Assembly: GCA_964057225.1 (NCBI GenBank)
Contig: OZ059899.1
Location: forward strand, 2,542,001-2,606,000
Origin: Auanema rhodensis
Taxonomy: Eukaryota; Animalia; Nematoda
DNA length: 64,000 bases
Reading direction: 5' to 3'
Part shown: positions 25,443 through 40,400 of the stretch, piece after piece
How positions within the stretch are numbered: position 1 is the first letter of the stretch
How the letters are laid out: every line of letters starts with the position of its first letter
The notes under the pieces: model-generated
The model's input: the letters and a program-made list of their open reading frames with translations, nothing else
Told to the model about the DNA's origin: nothing
Database searches by the model: none
Program-made: the position numbers and the translations under genes

Positions 25443-28400
25443 ATGTAGTATAGTGCATTCGATGCGGATTTTTAAGCTGCGTCGATCTGTGTTATCAGAT
25501 TTGCGCTAGATTAAAAATGCACCGAGATATCAACTGATATAAGTTCACACTTATATCCTCGATTTTCACCCTGAAGAATTAATTTTTTCGTTGAATAACA
25601 TCGTCCATCGTCTTTGCCTTGAAAAATGGAATCTAAAAACATCTACTTTTTGCTAAATTATTTTGAAATTTTTCGAAAAAATTTTTGTCAAAATGTTTTT
25701 GGAAGCAATGTTGAGTGTACATAGAAACTCAACATACACTAATGCATCATTTTTCAAACGATCATAACTAATTTTTGTATTAAGCGTTTCTCGATGTAGT
25801 ATAGTGCATTCGATGCGGATTTTTAAGCTGCGTCGATCTGTGTTATCAGATTTGCGCTAGCTTAAAAATGCACCGAGATATCAACTGATATAAGTTCACA
25901 CTTATATCCTCGATTTTCACCCTGAAGAATTAATTTTTTCGTTGAATAACATTGTCCATCGTCTTTGCCTTAAAAAATGGAATCTAAAAACATCTACTTT
26001 TTGCTAAATTATTTTGAAATTTTTCGAAAAAATTTTTGTCAAAATGTTTTTGGAAGCAATGTTGAGTGTACATGGAAACTCAACATACACTAATGCATCA
26101 TTTTTCAAACGATCATAACTAATTTTTGTATTAAGCGTTTCTCAATGTAGTATAGTGCATTCGATGCGGATTTTTAAGCTGCGTCGATCTGTGTTATCAG
26201 ATTTGCGCTAGCTTAAAAATGCACCGAGATATCAACTGATATAAGTTCACACTTATATCCTCGATTTTCACCCTGAAGAATTAATTTTTTCGTTGAATAA
26301 CATCGTCCATCGTCTTTGCCTTGAAAAATGGAATCTAAAAACATCTACTTTTTGCTAAATTATTTTGAAATTTTTCGAAAAAATTTTTGTCAAAATGTTT
26401 TTGGAAGCAATGTTGAGTGTACATGGAAACTCAACATACACTAATGCATCATTTTTCAAACGATCATAACTAATTTTTGTATTAAGCGTTTCTCGATGTA
26501 GTATAGTGCATTCGATGCGGATTTTTAAGCTGCGTCGATCTGTGTTATCAGATTTGCGCTAGATTAAAAATGCACCGAGATATCAACTGATATAAGTTCA
26601 CACTTATATCCTCGATTTTCACCCTGAAGAATTAATTTTTTCGTTGAATAACATCGTCCATCGTCTTTGCCTTGAAAAATGGAATCTAAAAACATCTACT
26701 TTTTGCTAAATTATTTTGAAATTTTTCGAAAAAATTTTTGTCAAAATGTTTTTGGAAGCAATGTTGAGTGTACATGGAAACTCAACATACACTAATGCAT
26801 CATTTTTCAAACGATCATAACTAATTTTTGTATTAAGCGTTTCTCAATGTAGTATAGTGCATTCGATGCGGATTTTTAAGCTGCGTCGATCTGTGTTATC
26901 AGATTTGCGCTAGCTTAAAAATGCACCGAGATATCAACTGATATAAGTTCACACTTATATCCTCGATTTTCACCCTGAAGAATTAATTTTTTCGTTGAAT
27001 AACATCGTCCATCGTCTTTGCCTTGAAAAACGGAATCTAAAAACATCTACTTTTTGCTAAATTATTTTGAAATTTTTCGAAAAAATTTTTGTCAAAATGT
27101 TTTTGGAAGCAATGTTGAGTGTACATGGAAACTCAACATACACTAATGCATCATTTTTCAAACGATCATAACTAATTTTTGTATTAAGCCTTTCTCAATG
27201 TAGTATAGTGCATTCGATGCGGATTTTTAAGCTGCGTCGATCTGTGTTATCAGATTTGCGCTAGCTTAAAAATGCACCGAGATATCAACTGATATAAGTT
27301 CACACTTATATCCTCGATTTTCACCCTGAAGAATTAATTTTTTCGTTGAATAACATTGTCCATCGTCTTTGCCTTGAAAAACGGAATCTAAAAACATCTA
27401 CTTTTCGCTGAATTATCTTGAAATTTTTCGAAAAAATTTTTGTCAAAATGTTTTTGGAAGCAATGTTGAGTGTACATGGAAACTCAACATACACTAATGC
27501 ATCATTTTTCAAACGATCATAACTAATTTTTGTATTAAGCGTTTCTCAATGTAGTATAGTGCATTCGATGCGGATTTTTAAGCTGCGTCGATCTGTGTTA
27601 TCAGATTTGCGCTAGCTTAAAAATGCACCAAGATATCAACTGATATAAGTTCACACTTATATCCTCGATTTTCACCCTGAAGAATTATTTTTTTCGTTGA
27701 ATAACATTGTCCATCGTCTTTGCTTTGAAAAACAGAATCTAAAAACATCTACTTTTCGCTGAATTATTTTGAAATTTTTCGAAAAAATTTTTGTCAAAAT
27801 GTTTTTGGAAGCAATGTTGAGTGTACATGGAAACTCAACATACACTAATGCATCATTTTTCAAACGATCATAACTAATTTTTGTATTAAGCGTTTCTCAA
27901 TGTAGTATAGTGCATTCGATGCGGATTTTTAAGGTGCGTCGATCTGTGTTATCAGATTTGCGCTAGCTTAAAAAAGCACCGAGATATCAACTGATATAAG
28001 TTCACACTTATATCCTCGATTTTCACCCTGAAGAATTAATTTTTTCGTTGAATAACATCGTCCATCGTCTTTGCCTTGAAAAATGGAATCTAAAAACATC
28101 TACTTTTTGCTAAATTATTTTGAAATTTTTCGAAAAAATTTTTGTCCAAATGTTTTTGGAAGCAATGTTGAGTGTACATGGAAACTCAACATACACTAAT
28201 GCATCATTTTTCAAACGATCATAACTAATTTTTGTATTAAGCGTTTCTCGATGTAGTATAGTGCATTCGATGCGGATTTTTAAGCTGCGTCGATCTGTGT
28301 TATCAGATTTGCGCTAGATTAAAAATGCACCGAGATATCAACTGATATAAGTTCACACTTATATCCTCGATTTTCACCCTGAAGAATTAATTTTTTCGTT

Positions 28401-31400
28401 GAATAACATCGTCCATCGTCTTTGCCTTGAAAAATGGAATCTAAAAACATCTACTTTTTGCTAAATTATTTTGAAATTTTTCGAAAAAATTTTTGTCCAA
28501 ATGTTTTTGGAAGCAATGTTGAGTGTACATGGAAACTCAACATACACTAATGCATCATTTTTCAAACGATCATAACTAATTTTTGTATTAAGCGTTTCTC
28601 GATGTAGTATAGTGCATTCGATGCGGATTTTTAAGCTGCGTCGATCTGTGTTATCAGATTTGCGCTAGATTAAAAATGCACCGAGATATCAACTGATATA
28701 AGTTCACACTTATATCCTCGATTTTCACCCTGAAGAATTAATTTTTTCGTTGAATAACATCGTCCATCGTCTTTGCCTTGAAAAATGGAATCTAAAAACA
28801 TCTACTTTTTGCTAAATTATTTTGAAATTTTTCGAAAAAATTTTTGTCAAAATGTTTTTGGAAGCAATGTTGAGTGTACATAGAAACTCAACATACACTA
28901 ATGCATCATTTTTCAAACGATCATAACTAATTTTTGTATTAAGCGTTTCTCGATGTAGTATAGTGCATTCGATGCGGATTTTTAAGCTGCGTCGATCTGT
29001 GTTATCAGATTTGCGCTAGCTTAAAAATGCACCGAGATATCAACTGATATAAGTTCACACTTATATCCTCGATTTTCACCCTGAAGAATTAATTTTTTCG
29101 TTGAATAACATTGTCCATCGTCTTTGCCTTAAAAAATGGAATCTAAAAACATCTACTTTTTGCTAAATTATTTTGAAATTTTTCGAAAAAATTTTTGTCA
29201 AAATGTTTTTGGAAGCAATGTTGAGTGTACATGGAAACTCAACATACACTAATGCATCATTTTTCAAACGATCATAACTAATTTTTGTATTAAGCGTTTC
29301 TCAATGTAGTATAGTGCATTCGATGCGGATTTTTAAGCTGCGTCGATCTGTGTTATCAGATTTGCGCTAGCTTAAAAATGCACCGAGATATCAACTGATA
29401 TAAGTTCACACTTATATCCTCGATTTTCACCCTGAAGAATTAATTTTTTCGTTGAATAACATCGTCCATCGTCTTTGCCTTGAAAAATGGAATCTAAAAA
29501 CATCTACTTTTTGCTAAATTATTTTGAAATTTTTCGAAAAAATTTTTGTCAAAATGTTTTTGGAAGCAATGTTGAGTGTACATGGAAACTCAACATACAC
29601 TAATGCATCATTTTTCAAACGATCATAACTAATTTTTGTATTAAGCGTTTCTCGATGTAGTATAGTGCATTCGATGCGGATTTTTAAGCTGCGTCGATCT
29701 GTGTTATCAGATTTGCGCTAGATTAAAAATGCACCGAGATATCAACTGATATAAGTTCACACTTATATCCTCGATTTTCACCCTGAAGAATTAATTTTTT
29801 CGTTGAATAACATCGTCCATCGTCTTTGCCTTGAAAAATGGAATCTAAAAACATCTACTTTTTGCTAAATTATTTTGAAATTTTTCGAAAAAATTTTTGT
29901 CAAAATGTTTTTGGAAGCAATGTTGAGTGTACATGGAAACTCAACATACACTAATGCATCATTTTTCAAACGATCATAACTAATTTTTGTATTAAGCGTT
30001 TCTCAATGTAGTATAGTGCATTCGATGCGGATTTTTAAGCTGCGTCGATCTGTGTTATCAGATTTGCGCTAGCTTAAAAATGCACCGAGATATCAACTGA
30101 TATAAGTTCACACTTATATCCTCGATTTTCACCCTGAAGAATTAATTTTTTCGTTGAATAACATCGTCCATCGTCTTTGCCTTGAAAAACGGAATCTAAA
30201 AACATCTACTTTTTGCTAAATTATTTTGAAATTTTTCGAAAAAATTTTTGTCAAAATGTTTTTGGAAGCAATGTTGAGTGTACATGGAAACTCAACATAC
30301 ACTAATGCATCATTTTTCAAACGATCATAACTAATTTTTGTATTAAGCCTTTCTCAATGTAGTATAGTGCATTCGATGCGGATTTTTAAGCTGCGTCGAT
30401 CTGTGTTATCAGATTTGCGCTAGCTTAAAAATGCACCGAGATATCAACTGATATAAGTTCACACTTATATCCTCGATTTTCACCCTGAAGAATTAATTTT
30501 TTCGTTGAATAACATTGTCCATCGTCTTTGCCTTGAAAAACGGAATCTAAAAACATCTACTTTTCGCTGAATTATCTTGAAATTTTTCGAAAAAATTTTT
30601 GTCAAAATGTTTTTGGAAGCAATGTTGAGTGTACATGGAAACTCAACATACACTAATGCATCATTTTTCAAACGATCATAACTAATTTTTGTATTAAGCG
30701 TTTCTCAATGCAGTATAGTGCATTCGATGCGGATTTTTAAGCTGCGTCGATCTGTGTTATCAGATTTGCGCTAGCTTAAAAATGCACCAAGATATCAACT
30801 GATATAAGTTCACACTTATATCCTCGATTTTCACCCTGAAGAATTATTTTTTTCGTTGAATAACATTGTCCATCGTCTTTGCTTTGAAAAACAGAATCTA
30901 AAAACATCTACTTTTCGCTGAATTATTTTGAAATTTTTCGAAAAAATTTTTGTCAAAATGTTTTTGGAAGCAATGTTGAGTGTACATGGAAACTCAACAT
31001 ACACTAATGCATCATTTTTCAAACGATCATAACTAATTTTTGTATTAAGCGTTTCTCAATGTAGTATAGTGCATTCGATGCGGATTTTTAAGGTGCGTCG
31101 ATCTGTGTTATCAGATTTGCGCTAGCTTAAAAAAGCACCGAGATATCAACTGATATAAGTTCACACTTATATCCTCGATTTTCACCCTGAAGAATTAATT
31201 TTTTCGTTGAATAACATCGTCCATCGTCTTTGCCTTGAAAAATGGAATCTAAAAACATCTACTTTTTGCTAAATTATTTTGAAATTTTTCGAAAAAATTT
31301 TTGTCCAAATGTTTTTGGAAGCAATGTTGAGTGTACATGGAAACTCAACATACACTAATGCATCATTTTTCAAACGATCATAACTAATTTTTGTATTAAG

Positions 31401-34400
31401 CGTTTCTCGATGTAGTATAGTGCATTCGATGCGGATTTTTAAGCTGCGTCGATCTGTGTTATCAGATTTGCGCTAGATTAAAAATGCACCGAGATATCAA
31501 CTGATATAAGTTCACACTTATATCCTCGATTTTCACCCTGAAGAATTAATTTTTTCGTTGAATAACATCGTCCATCGTCTTTGCCTTGAAAAATGGAATC
31601 TAAAAACATCTACTTTTTGCTAAATTATTTTGAAATTTTTCGAAAAAATTTTTGTCCAAATGTTTTTGGAAGCAATGTTGAGTGTACATGGAAACTCAAC
31701 ATACACTAATGCATCATTTTTCAAACGATCATAACTAATTTTTGTATTAAGCGTTTCTCGATGTAGTATAGTGCATTCGATGCGGATTTTTAAGCTGCGT
31801 CGATCTGTGTTATCAGATTTGCGCTAGATTAAAAATGCACCGAGATATCAACTGATATAAGTTCACACTTATATCCTCGATTTTCACCCTGAAGAATTAA
31901 TTTTTTCGTTGAATAACATCGTCCATCGTCTTTGCCTTGAAAAATGGAATCTAAAAACATCTACTTTTTGCTAAATTATTTTGAAATTTTTCGAAAAAAT
32001 TTTTGTCAAAATGTTTTTGGAAGCAATGTTGAGTGTACATAGAAACTCAACATACACTAATGCATCATTTTTCAAACGATCATAACTAATTTTTGTATTA
32101 AGCGTTTCTCGATGTAGTATAGTGCATTCGATGCGGATTTTTAAGCTGCGTCGATCTGTGTTATCAGATTTGCGCTAGCTTAAAAATGCACCGAGATATC
32201 AACTGATATAAGTTCACACTTATATCCTCGATTTTCACCCTGAAGAATTAATTTTTTCGTTGAATAACATTGTCCATCGTCTTTGCCTTAAAAAATGGAA
32301 TCTAAAAACATCTACTTTTTGCTAAATTATTTTGAAATTTTTCGAAAAAATTTTTGTCAAAATGTTTTTGGAAGCAATGTTGAGTGTACATGGAAACTCA
32401 ACATACACTAATGCATCATTTTTCAAACGATCATAACTAATTTTTGTATTAAGCGTTTCTCAATGTAGTATAGTGCATTCGATGCGGATTTTTAAGCTGC
32501 GTCGATCTGTGTTATCAGATTTGCGCTAGCTTAAAAATGCACCGAGATATCAACTGATATAAGTTCACACTTATATCCTCGATTTTCACCCTGAAGAATT
32601 AATTTTTTCGTTGAATAACATCGTCCATCGTCTTTGCCTTGAAAAATGGAATCTAAAAACATCTACTTTTTGCTAAATTATTTTGAAATTTTTCGAAAAA
32701 ATTTTTGTCAAAATGTTTTTGGAAGCAATGTTGAGTGTACATGGAAACTCAACATACACTAATGCATCATTTTTCAAACGATCATAACTAATTTTTGTAT
32801 TAAGCGTTTCTCGATGTAGTATAGTGCATTCGATGCGGATTTTTAAGCTGCGTCGATCTGTGTTATCAGATTTGCGCTAGATTAAAAATGCACCGAGATA
32901 TCAACTGATATAAGTTCACACTTATATCCTCGATTTTCACCCTGAAGAATTAATTTTTTCGTTGAATAACATCGTCCATCGTCTTTGCCTTGAAAAATGG
33001 AATCTAAAAACATCTACTTTTTGCTAAATTATTTTGAAATTTTTCGAAAAAATTTTTGTCAAAATGTTTTTGGAAGCAATGTTGAGTGTACATGGAAACT
33101 CAACATACACTAATGCATCATTTTTCAAACGATCATAACTAATTTTTGTATTAAGCGTTTCTCAATGTAGTATAGTGCATTCGATGCGGATTTTTAAGCT
33201 GCGTCGATCTGTGTTATCAGATTTGCGCTAGCTTAAAAATGCACCGAGATATCAACTGATATAAGTTCACACTTATATCCTCGATTTTCACCCTGAAGAA
33301 TTAATTTTTTCGTTGAATAACATCGTCCATCGTCTTTGCCTTGAAAAACGGAATCTAAAAACATCTACTTTTTGCTAAATTATTTTGAAATTTTTCGAAA
33401 AAATTTTTGTCAAAATGTTTTTGGAAGCAATGTTGAGTGTACATGGAAACTCAACATACACTAATGCATCATTTTTCAAACGATCATAACTAATTTTTGT
33501 ATTAAGCCTTTCTCAATGTAGTATAGTGCATTCGATGCGGATTTTTAAGCTGCGTCGATCTGTGTTATCAGATTTGCGCTAGCTTAAAAATGCACCGAGA
33601 TATCAACTGATATAAGTTCACACTTATATCCTCGATTTTCACCCTGAAGAATTAATTTTTTCGTTGAATAACATTGTCCATCGTCTTTGCCTTGAAAAAC
33701 GGAATCTAAAAACATCTACTTTTCGCTGAATTATCTTGAAATTTTTCGAAAAAATTTTTGTCAAAATGTTTTTGGAAGCAATGTTGAGTGTACATGGAAA
33801 CTCAACATACACTAATGCATCATTTTTCAAACGATCATAACTAATTTTTGTATTAAGCGTTTCTCAATGTAGTATAGTGCATTCGATGCGGATTTTTAAG
33901 CTGCGTCGATCTGTGTTATCAGATTTGCGCTAGCTTAAAAATGCACCAAGATATCAACTGATATAAGTTCACACTTATATCCTCGATTTTCACCCTGAAG
34001 AATTATTTTTTTCGTTGAATAACATTGTCCATCGTCTTTGCTTTGAAAAACAGAATCTAAAAACATCTACTTTTCGCTGAATTATTTTGAAATTTTTCGA
34101 AAAAATTTTTGTCAAAATGTTTTTGGAAGCAATGTTGAGTGTACATGGAAACTCAACATACACTAATGCATCATTTTTCAAACGATCATAACTAATTTTT
34201 GTATTAAGCGTTTCTCAATGTAGTATAGTGCATTCGATGCGGATTTTTAAGGTGCGTCGATCTGTGTTATCAGATTTGCGCTAGCTTAAAAAAGCACCGA
34301 GATATCAACTGATATAAGTTCACACTTATATCCTCGATTTTCACCCTGAAGAATTAATTTTTTCGTTGAATAACATCGTCCATCGTCTTTGCCTTGAAAA

Positions 34401-34463
34401 ATGGAATCTAAAAACATCTACTTTTTGCTAAATTATTTTGAAATTTTTCGAAAAAATTTTTGT
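25443..34463. repeat. Higher-order repeat, 9 monomers (3159 bp), ~2.9 copies
   Basis: ACATAGAAAC at 25723, 28882, 32041; ORF pairs at 27321/27672, 30480/30831, 33639/33990; GTCCAAA pairs at ~28146, 28497 / 31305, 31656. Confidence 0.95.
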
Positions 34464-37400
34464 CAAAATGTTTTTGGAAGCAATGTTGAGTGTACATGGA
34501 AACTCAACATACACTAATGCATCATTTTTCAAACGATCATAACTAATTTTTGTATCAAACGTTTCTCAATGTAGTATAGTGCATTCGATGCGGATTTTTA
34601 AGCTGCGTCGATCTGTGTTATCAGATTTGCGCTAGCTTAAAAATGCACCGAGATATCAACTGATATAAGTTCACACTTATATCCTCGATTTTCACCCTGA
34701 AGAATTAATTTTTTCGTTGAATAACATTGTCCATCGTCTTTGCCTTGAAAAACGGAATCTAAAAACATCTACTTTTCGCTGAATTATCTTGAAATTTTTC
34801 GAAAAAATTTTTGTCAAAATGTTTTTGGAAGCAATGTTGAGTGTACATGGAAACTCAACATACACTAATGCATCATTTTTCAAACGATCATAACTAATTT
34901 TTGTATTAAGCGTTTCTCAATGTAGTATAGTGCATTCGATGCGGATTTTTAAGCTGCGTCGATCTGTGTTATCAGATTTGCGCTAGCTTAAAAATGCACC
35001 AAGATATCAACTGATATAAGTTCACACTTATATCCTCGATTTTCACCCTGAAGAATTATTTTTTTCGTTGAATAACATTGTCCATCGTCTTTGCTTTGAA
35101 AAACAGAATCTAAAAACATCTACTTTTCGCTGAATTATTTTGAAATTTTTCGAAAAAATTTTTGTCAAAATGTTTTTGGAAGCAATGTTGAGTGTACATG
35201 GAAACTCAACATACACTAATGCATCATTTTTCAAACGATCATAACTAATTTTTGTATTAAGCGTTTCTCAATGTAGTATAGTGCATTCGATGCGGATTTT
35301 TAAGGTGCGTCGATCTGTGTTATCAGATTTGCGCTAGCTTAAAAAAGCACCGAGATATCAACTGATATAAGTTCACACTTATATCCTCGATTTTCACCCT
35401 GAAGAATTAATTTTTTCGTTGAATAACATCGTCCATCGTCTTTGCCTTGAAAAATGGAATCTAAAAACATCTACTTTTTGCTAAATTATTTTGAAATTTT
35501 TCGAAAAAATTTTTGTCAAAATGTTTTTGGAAGCAATGTTGAGTGTACATGGAAACTCAACATACACTAATGCATCATTTTTCAAACGATCATAACTAAT
35601 TTTTGTATTAAGCGTTTCTCGATGTAGTATAGTGCATTCGATGCGGATTTTTAAGCTGCGTCGATCTGTGTTATCAGATTTGCGCTAGATTAAAAATGCA
35701 CCGAGATATCAACTGATATAAGTTCACACTTATATCCTCGATTTTCACCCTGAAGAATTAATTTTTTCGTTGAATAACATCGTCCATCGTCTTTGCCTTG
35801 AAAAATGGAATCTAAAAACATCTACTTTTTGCTAAATTATTTTGAAATTTTTCGAAAAAATTTTTGTCAAAATGTTTTTGGAAGCAATGTTGAGTGTACA
35901 TAGAAACTCAACATACACTAATGCATCATTTTTCAAACGATCATAACTAATTTTTGTATTAAGCGTTTCTCGATGTAGTATAGTGCATTCGATGCGGATT
36001 TTTAAGCTGCGTCGATCTGTGTTATCAGATTTGCGCTAGCTTAAAAATGCACCGAGATATCAACTGATATAAGTTCACACTTATATCCTCGATTTTCACC
36101 CTGAAGAATTAATTTTTTCGTTGAATAACATTGTCCATCGTCTTTGCCTTAAAAAATGGAATCTAAAAACATCTACTTTTTGCTAAATTATTTTGAAATT
36201 TTTCGAAAAAATTTTTGTCAAAATGTTTTTGGAAGCAATGTTGAGTGTACATGGAAACTCAACATACACTAATGCATCATTTTTCAAACGATCATAACTA
36301 ATTTTTGTATTAAGCGTTTCTCAATGTAGTATAGTGCATTCGATGCGGATTTTTAAGCTGCGTCGATCTGTGTTATCAGATTTGCGCTAGCTTAAAAATG
36401 CACCGAGATATCAACTGATATAAGTTCACACTTATATCCTCGATTTTCACCCTGAAGAATTAATTTTTTCGTTGAATAACATCGTCCATCGTCTTTGCCT
36501 TGAAAAATGGAATCTAAAAACATCTACTTTTTGCTGAATTATTTTGAAATTTTTCGAAAAAATTTTTGTCAAAATGTTTTTGGAAGCAATGTTGAGTGTA
36601 CATGGAAACTCAACATACACTAATGCATCATTTTTCAAACGATCATAACTAATTTTTGTATTAAGCGTTTCTCGATGTAGTATAGTGCATTCGATGCGGA
36701 TTTTTAAGCTGCGTCGATCTGTGTTATCAGATTTGCGCTAGATTAAAAATGCACCGAGATATCAACTGATATAAGTTCACACTTATATCCTCGATTTTCA
36801 CCCTGAAGAATTAATTTTTTCGTTGAATAACATCGTCCATCGTCTTTGCCTTAAAAAATGGAATCTAAAAACATCTACTTTTTGCTAAATTATTTTGAAA
36901 TTTTTCGAAAAAATTTTTGTCAAAATGTTTTTGGAAGCAATGTTGAGTGTACATGGAAACTCAACATACACTAATGCATCATTTTTCAAACGATCATAAC
37001 TAATTTTTGTATTAAGCGTTTCTCAATGTAGTATAGTGCATTCGATGCGGATTTTTAAGCTGCGTCGATCTGTGTTATCAGATTTGCGCTAGCTTAAAAA
37101 TGCACCGAGATATCAACTGATATAAGTTCACACTTATATCCTCGATTTTCACCCTGAAGAATTAATTTTTTCGTTGAATAACATCGTCCATCGTCTTTGC
37201 CTTGAAAAATGGAATCTAAAAACATCTACTTTTTGCTAAATTATTTTGAAATTTTTCGAAAAAATTTTTGTCAAAATGTTTTTGGAAGCAATGTTGAGTG
37301 TACATAGAAACTCAACATACACTAATGCATCATTTTTCAAACGATCATAACTAATTTTTGTATTAAGCGTTTCTCGATGTAGTATAGTGCATTCGATGCG

Positions 37401-40400
37401 GATTTTTAAGCTGCGTCGATCTGTGTTATCAGATTTGCGCTAGCTTAAAAATGCACCGAGATATCAACTGATATAAGTTCACACTTATATCCTCGATTTT
37501 CACCCTGAAGAATTAATTTTTTCGTTGAATAACATTGTCCATCGTCTTTGCCTTAAAAAATGGAATCTAAAAACATCTACTTTTTGCTAAATTATTTTGA
37601 AATTTTTCGAAAAAATTTTTGTCAAAATGTTTTTGGAAGCAATGTTGAGTGTACATGGAAACTCAACATACACTAATGCATCATTTTTCAAACGATCATA
37701 ACTAATTTTTGTATTAAGCGTTTCTCAATGTAGTATAGTGCATTCGATGCGGATTTTTAAGCTGCGTCGATCTGTGTTATCAGATTTGCGCTAGCTTAAA
37801 AATGCACCGAGATATCAACTGATATAAGTTCACACTTATATCCTCGATTTTCACCCTGAAGAATTAATTTTTTCGTTGAATAACATCGTCCATCGTCTTT
37901 GCCTTGAAAAATGGAATCTAAAAACATCTACTTTTTGCTAAATTATTTTGAAATTTTTCGAAAAAATTTTTGTCAAAATGTTTTTGGAAGCAATGTTGAG
38001 TGTACATGGAAACTCAACATACACTAATGCATCATTTTTCAAACGATCATAACTAATTTTTGTATTAAGCGTTTCTCGATGTAGTATAGTGCATTCGATG
38101 CGGATTTTTAAGCTGCGTCGATCTGTGTTATCAGATTTGCGCTAGATTAAAAATGCACCGAGATATCAACTGATATAAGTTCACACTTATATCCTCGATT
38201 TTCACCCTGAAGAATTAATTTTTTCGTTGAATAACATCGTCCATCGTCTTTGCCTTGAAAAATGGAATCTAAAAACATCTACTTTTTGCTAAATTATTTT
38301 GAAATTTTTCGAAAAAATTTTTGTCAAAATGTTTTTGGAAGCAATGTTGAGTGTACATGGAAACTCAACATACACTAATGCATCATTTTTCAAACGATCA
38401 TAACTAATTTTTGTATTAAGCGTTTCTCAATGTAGTATAGTGCATTCGATGCGGATTTTTAAGCTGCGTCGATCTGTGTTATCAGATTTGCGCTAGCTTA
38501 AAAATGCACCGAGATATCAACTGATATAAGTTCACACTTATATCCTCGATTTTCACCCTGAAGAATTAATTTTTTCGTTGAATAACATCGTCCATCGTCT
38601 TTGCCTTGAAAAACGGAATCTAAAAACATCTACTTTTTGCTAAATTATTTTGAAATTTTTCGAAAAAATTTTTGTCAAAATGTTTTTGGAAGCAATGTTG
38701 AGTGTACATGGAAACTCAACATACACTAATGCATCATTTTTCAAACGATCATAACTAATTTTTGTATTAAGCCTTTCTCAATGTAGTATAGTGCATTCGA
38801 TGCGGATTTTTAAGCTGCGTCGATCTGTGTTATCAGATTTGCGCTAGCTTAAAAATGCACCGAGATATCAACTGATATAAGTTCACACTTATATCCTCGA
38901 TTTTCACCCTGAAGAATTAATTTTTTCGTTGAATAACATTGTCCATCGTCTTTGCCTTGAAAAACGGAATCTAAAAACATCTACTTTTCGCTGAATTATC
39001 TTGAAATTTTTCGAAAAAATTTTTGTCAAAATGTTTTTGGAAGCAATGTTGAGTGTACATGGAAACTCAACATACACTAATGCATCATTTTTCAAACGAT
39101 CATAACTAATTTTTGTATTAAGCGTTTCTCAATGTAGTATAGTGCATTCGATGCGGATTTTTAAGCTGCGTCGATCTGTGTTATCAGATTTGCGCTAGCT
39201 TAAAAATGCACCAAGATATCAACTGATATAAGTTCACACTTATATCCTCGATTTTCACCCTGAAGAATTATTTTTTTCGTTGAATAACATTGTCCATCGT
39301 CTTTGCTTTGAAAAACAGAATCTAAAAACATCTACTTTTCGCTGAATTATTTTGAAATTTTTCGAAAAAATTTTTGTCAAAATGTTTTTGGAAGCAATGT
39401 TGAGTGTACATGGAAACTCAACATACACTAATGCATCATTTTTCAAACGATCATAACTAATTTTTGTATTAAGCGTTTCTCAATGTAGTATAGTGCATTC
39501 GATGCGGATTTTTAAGGTGCGTCGATCTGTGTTATCAGATTTGCGCTAGCTTAAAAAAGCACCGAGATATCAACTGATATAAGTTCACACTTATATCCTC
39601 GATTTTCACCCTGAAGAATTAATTTTTTCGTTGAATAACATCGTCCATCGTCTTTGCCTTGAAAAATGGAATCTAAAAACATCTACTTTTTGCTAAATTA
39701 TTTTGAAATTTTTCGAAAAAATTTTTGTCAAAATGTTTTTGGAAGCAATGTTGAGTGTACATGGAAACTCAACATACACTAATGCATCATTTTTCAAACG
39801 ATCATAACTAATTTTTGTATCAAACGTTTCTCAATGTAGTATAGTGCATTCGATGCGGATTTTTAAGCTGCGTCGATCTGTGTTATCAGATTTGCGCTAG
39901 CTTAAAAATGCACCGAGATATCAACTGATATAAGTTCACACTTATATCCTCGATTTTCACCCTGAAGAATTAATTTTTTCGTTGAATAACATTGTCCATC
40001 GTCTTTGCCTTGAAAAACGGAATCTAAAAACATCTACTTTTCGCTGAATTATCTTGAAATTTTTCGAAAAAATTTTTGTCAAAATGTTTTTGGAAGCAAT
40101 GTTGAGTGTACATGGAAACTCAACATACACTAATGCATCATTTTTCAAACGATCATAACTAATTTTTGTATTAAGCGTTTCTCAATGTAGTATAGTGCAT
40201 TCGATGCGGATTTTTAAGCTGCGTCGATCTGTGTTATCAGATTTGCGCTAGCTTAAAAATGCACCAAGATATCAACTGATATAAGTTCACACTTATATCC
40301 TCGATTTTCACCCTGAAGAATTATTTTTTTCGTTGAATAACATTGTCCATCGTCTTTGCTTTGAAAAACAGAATCTAAAAACATCTACTTTTCGCTGAAT

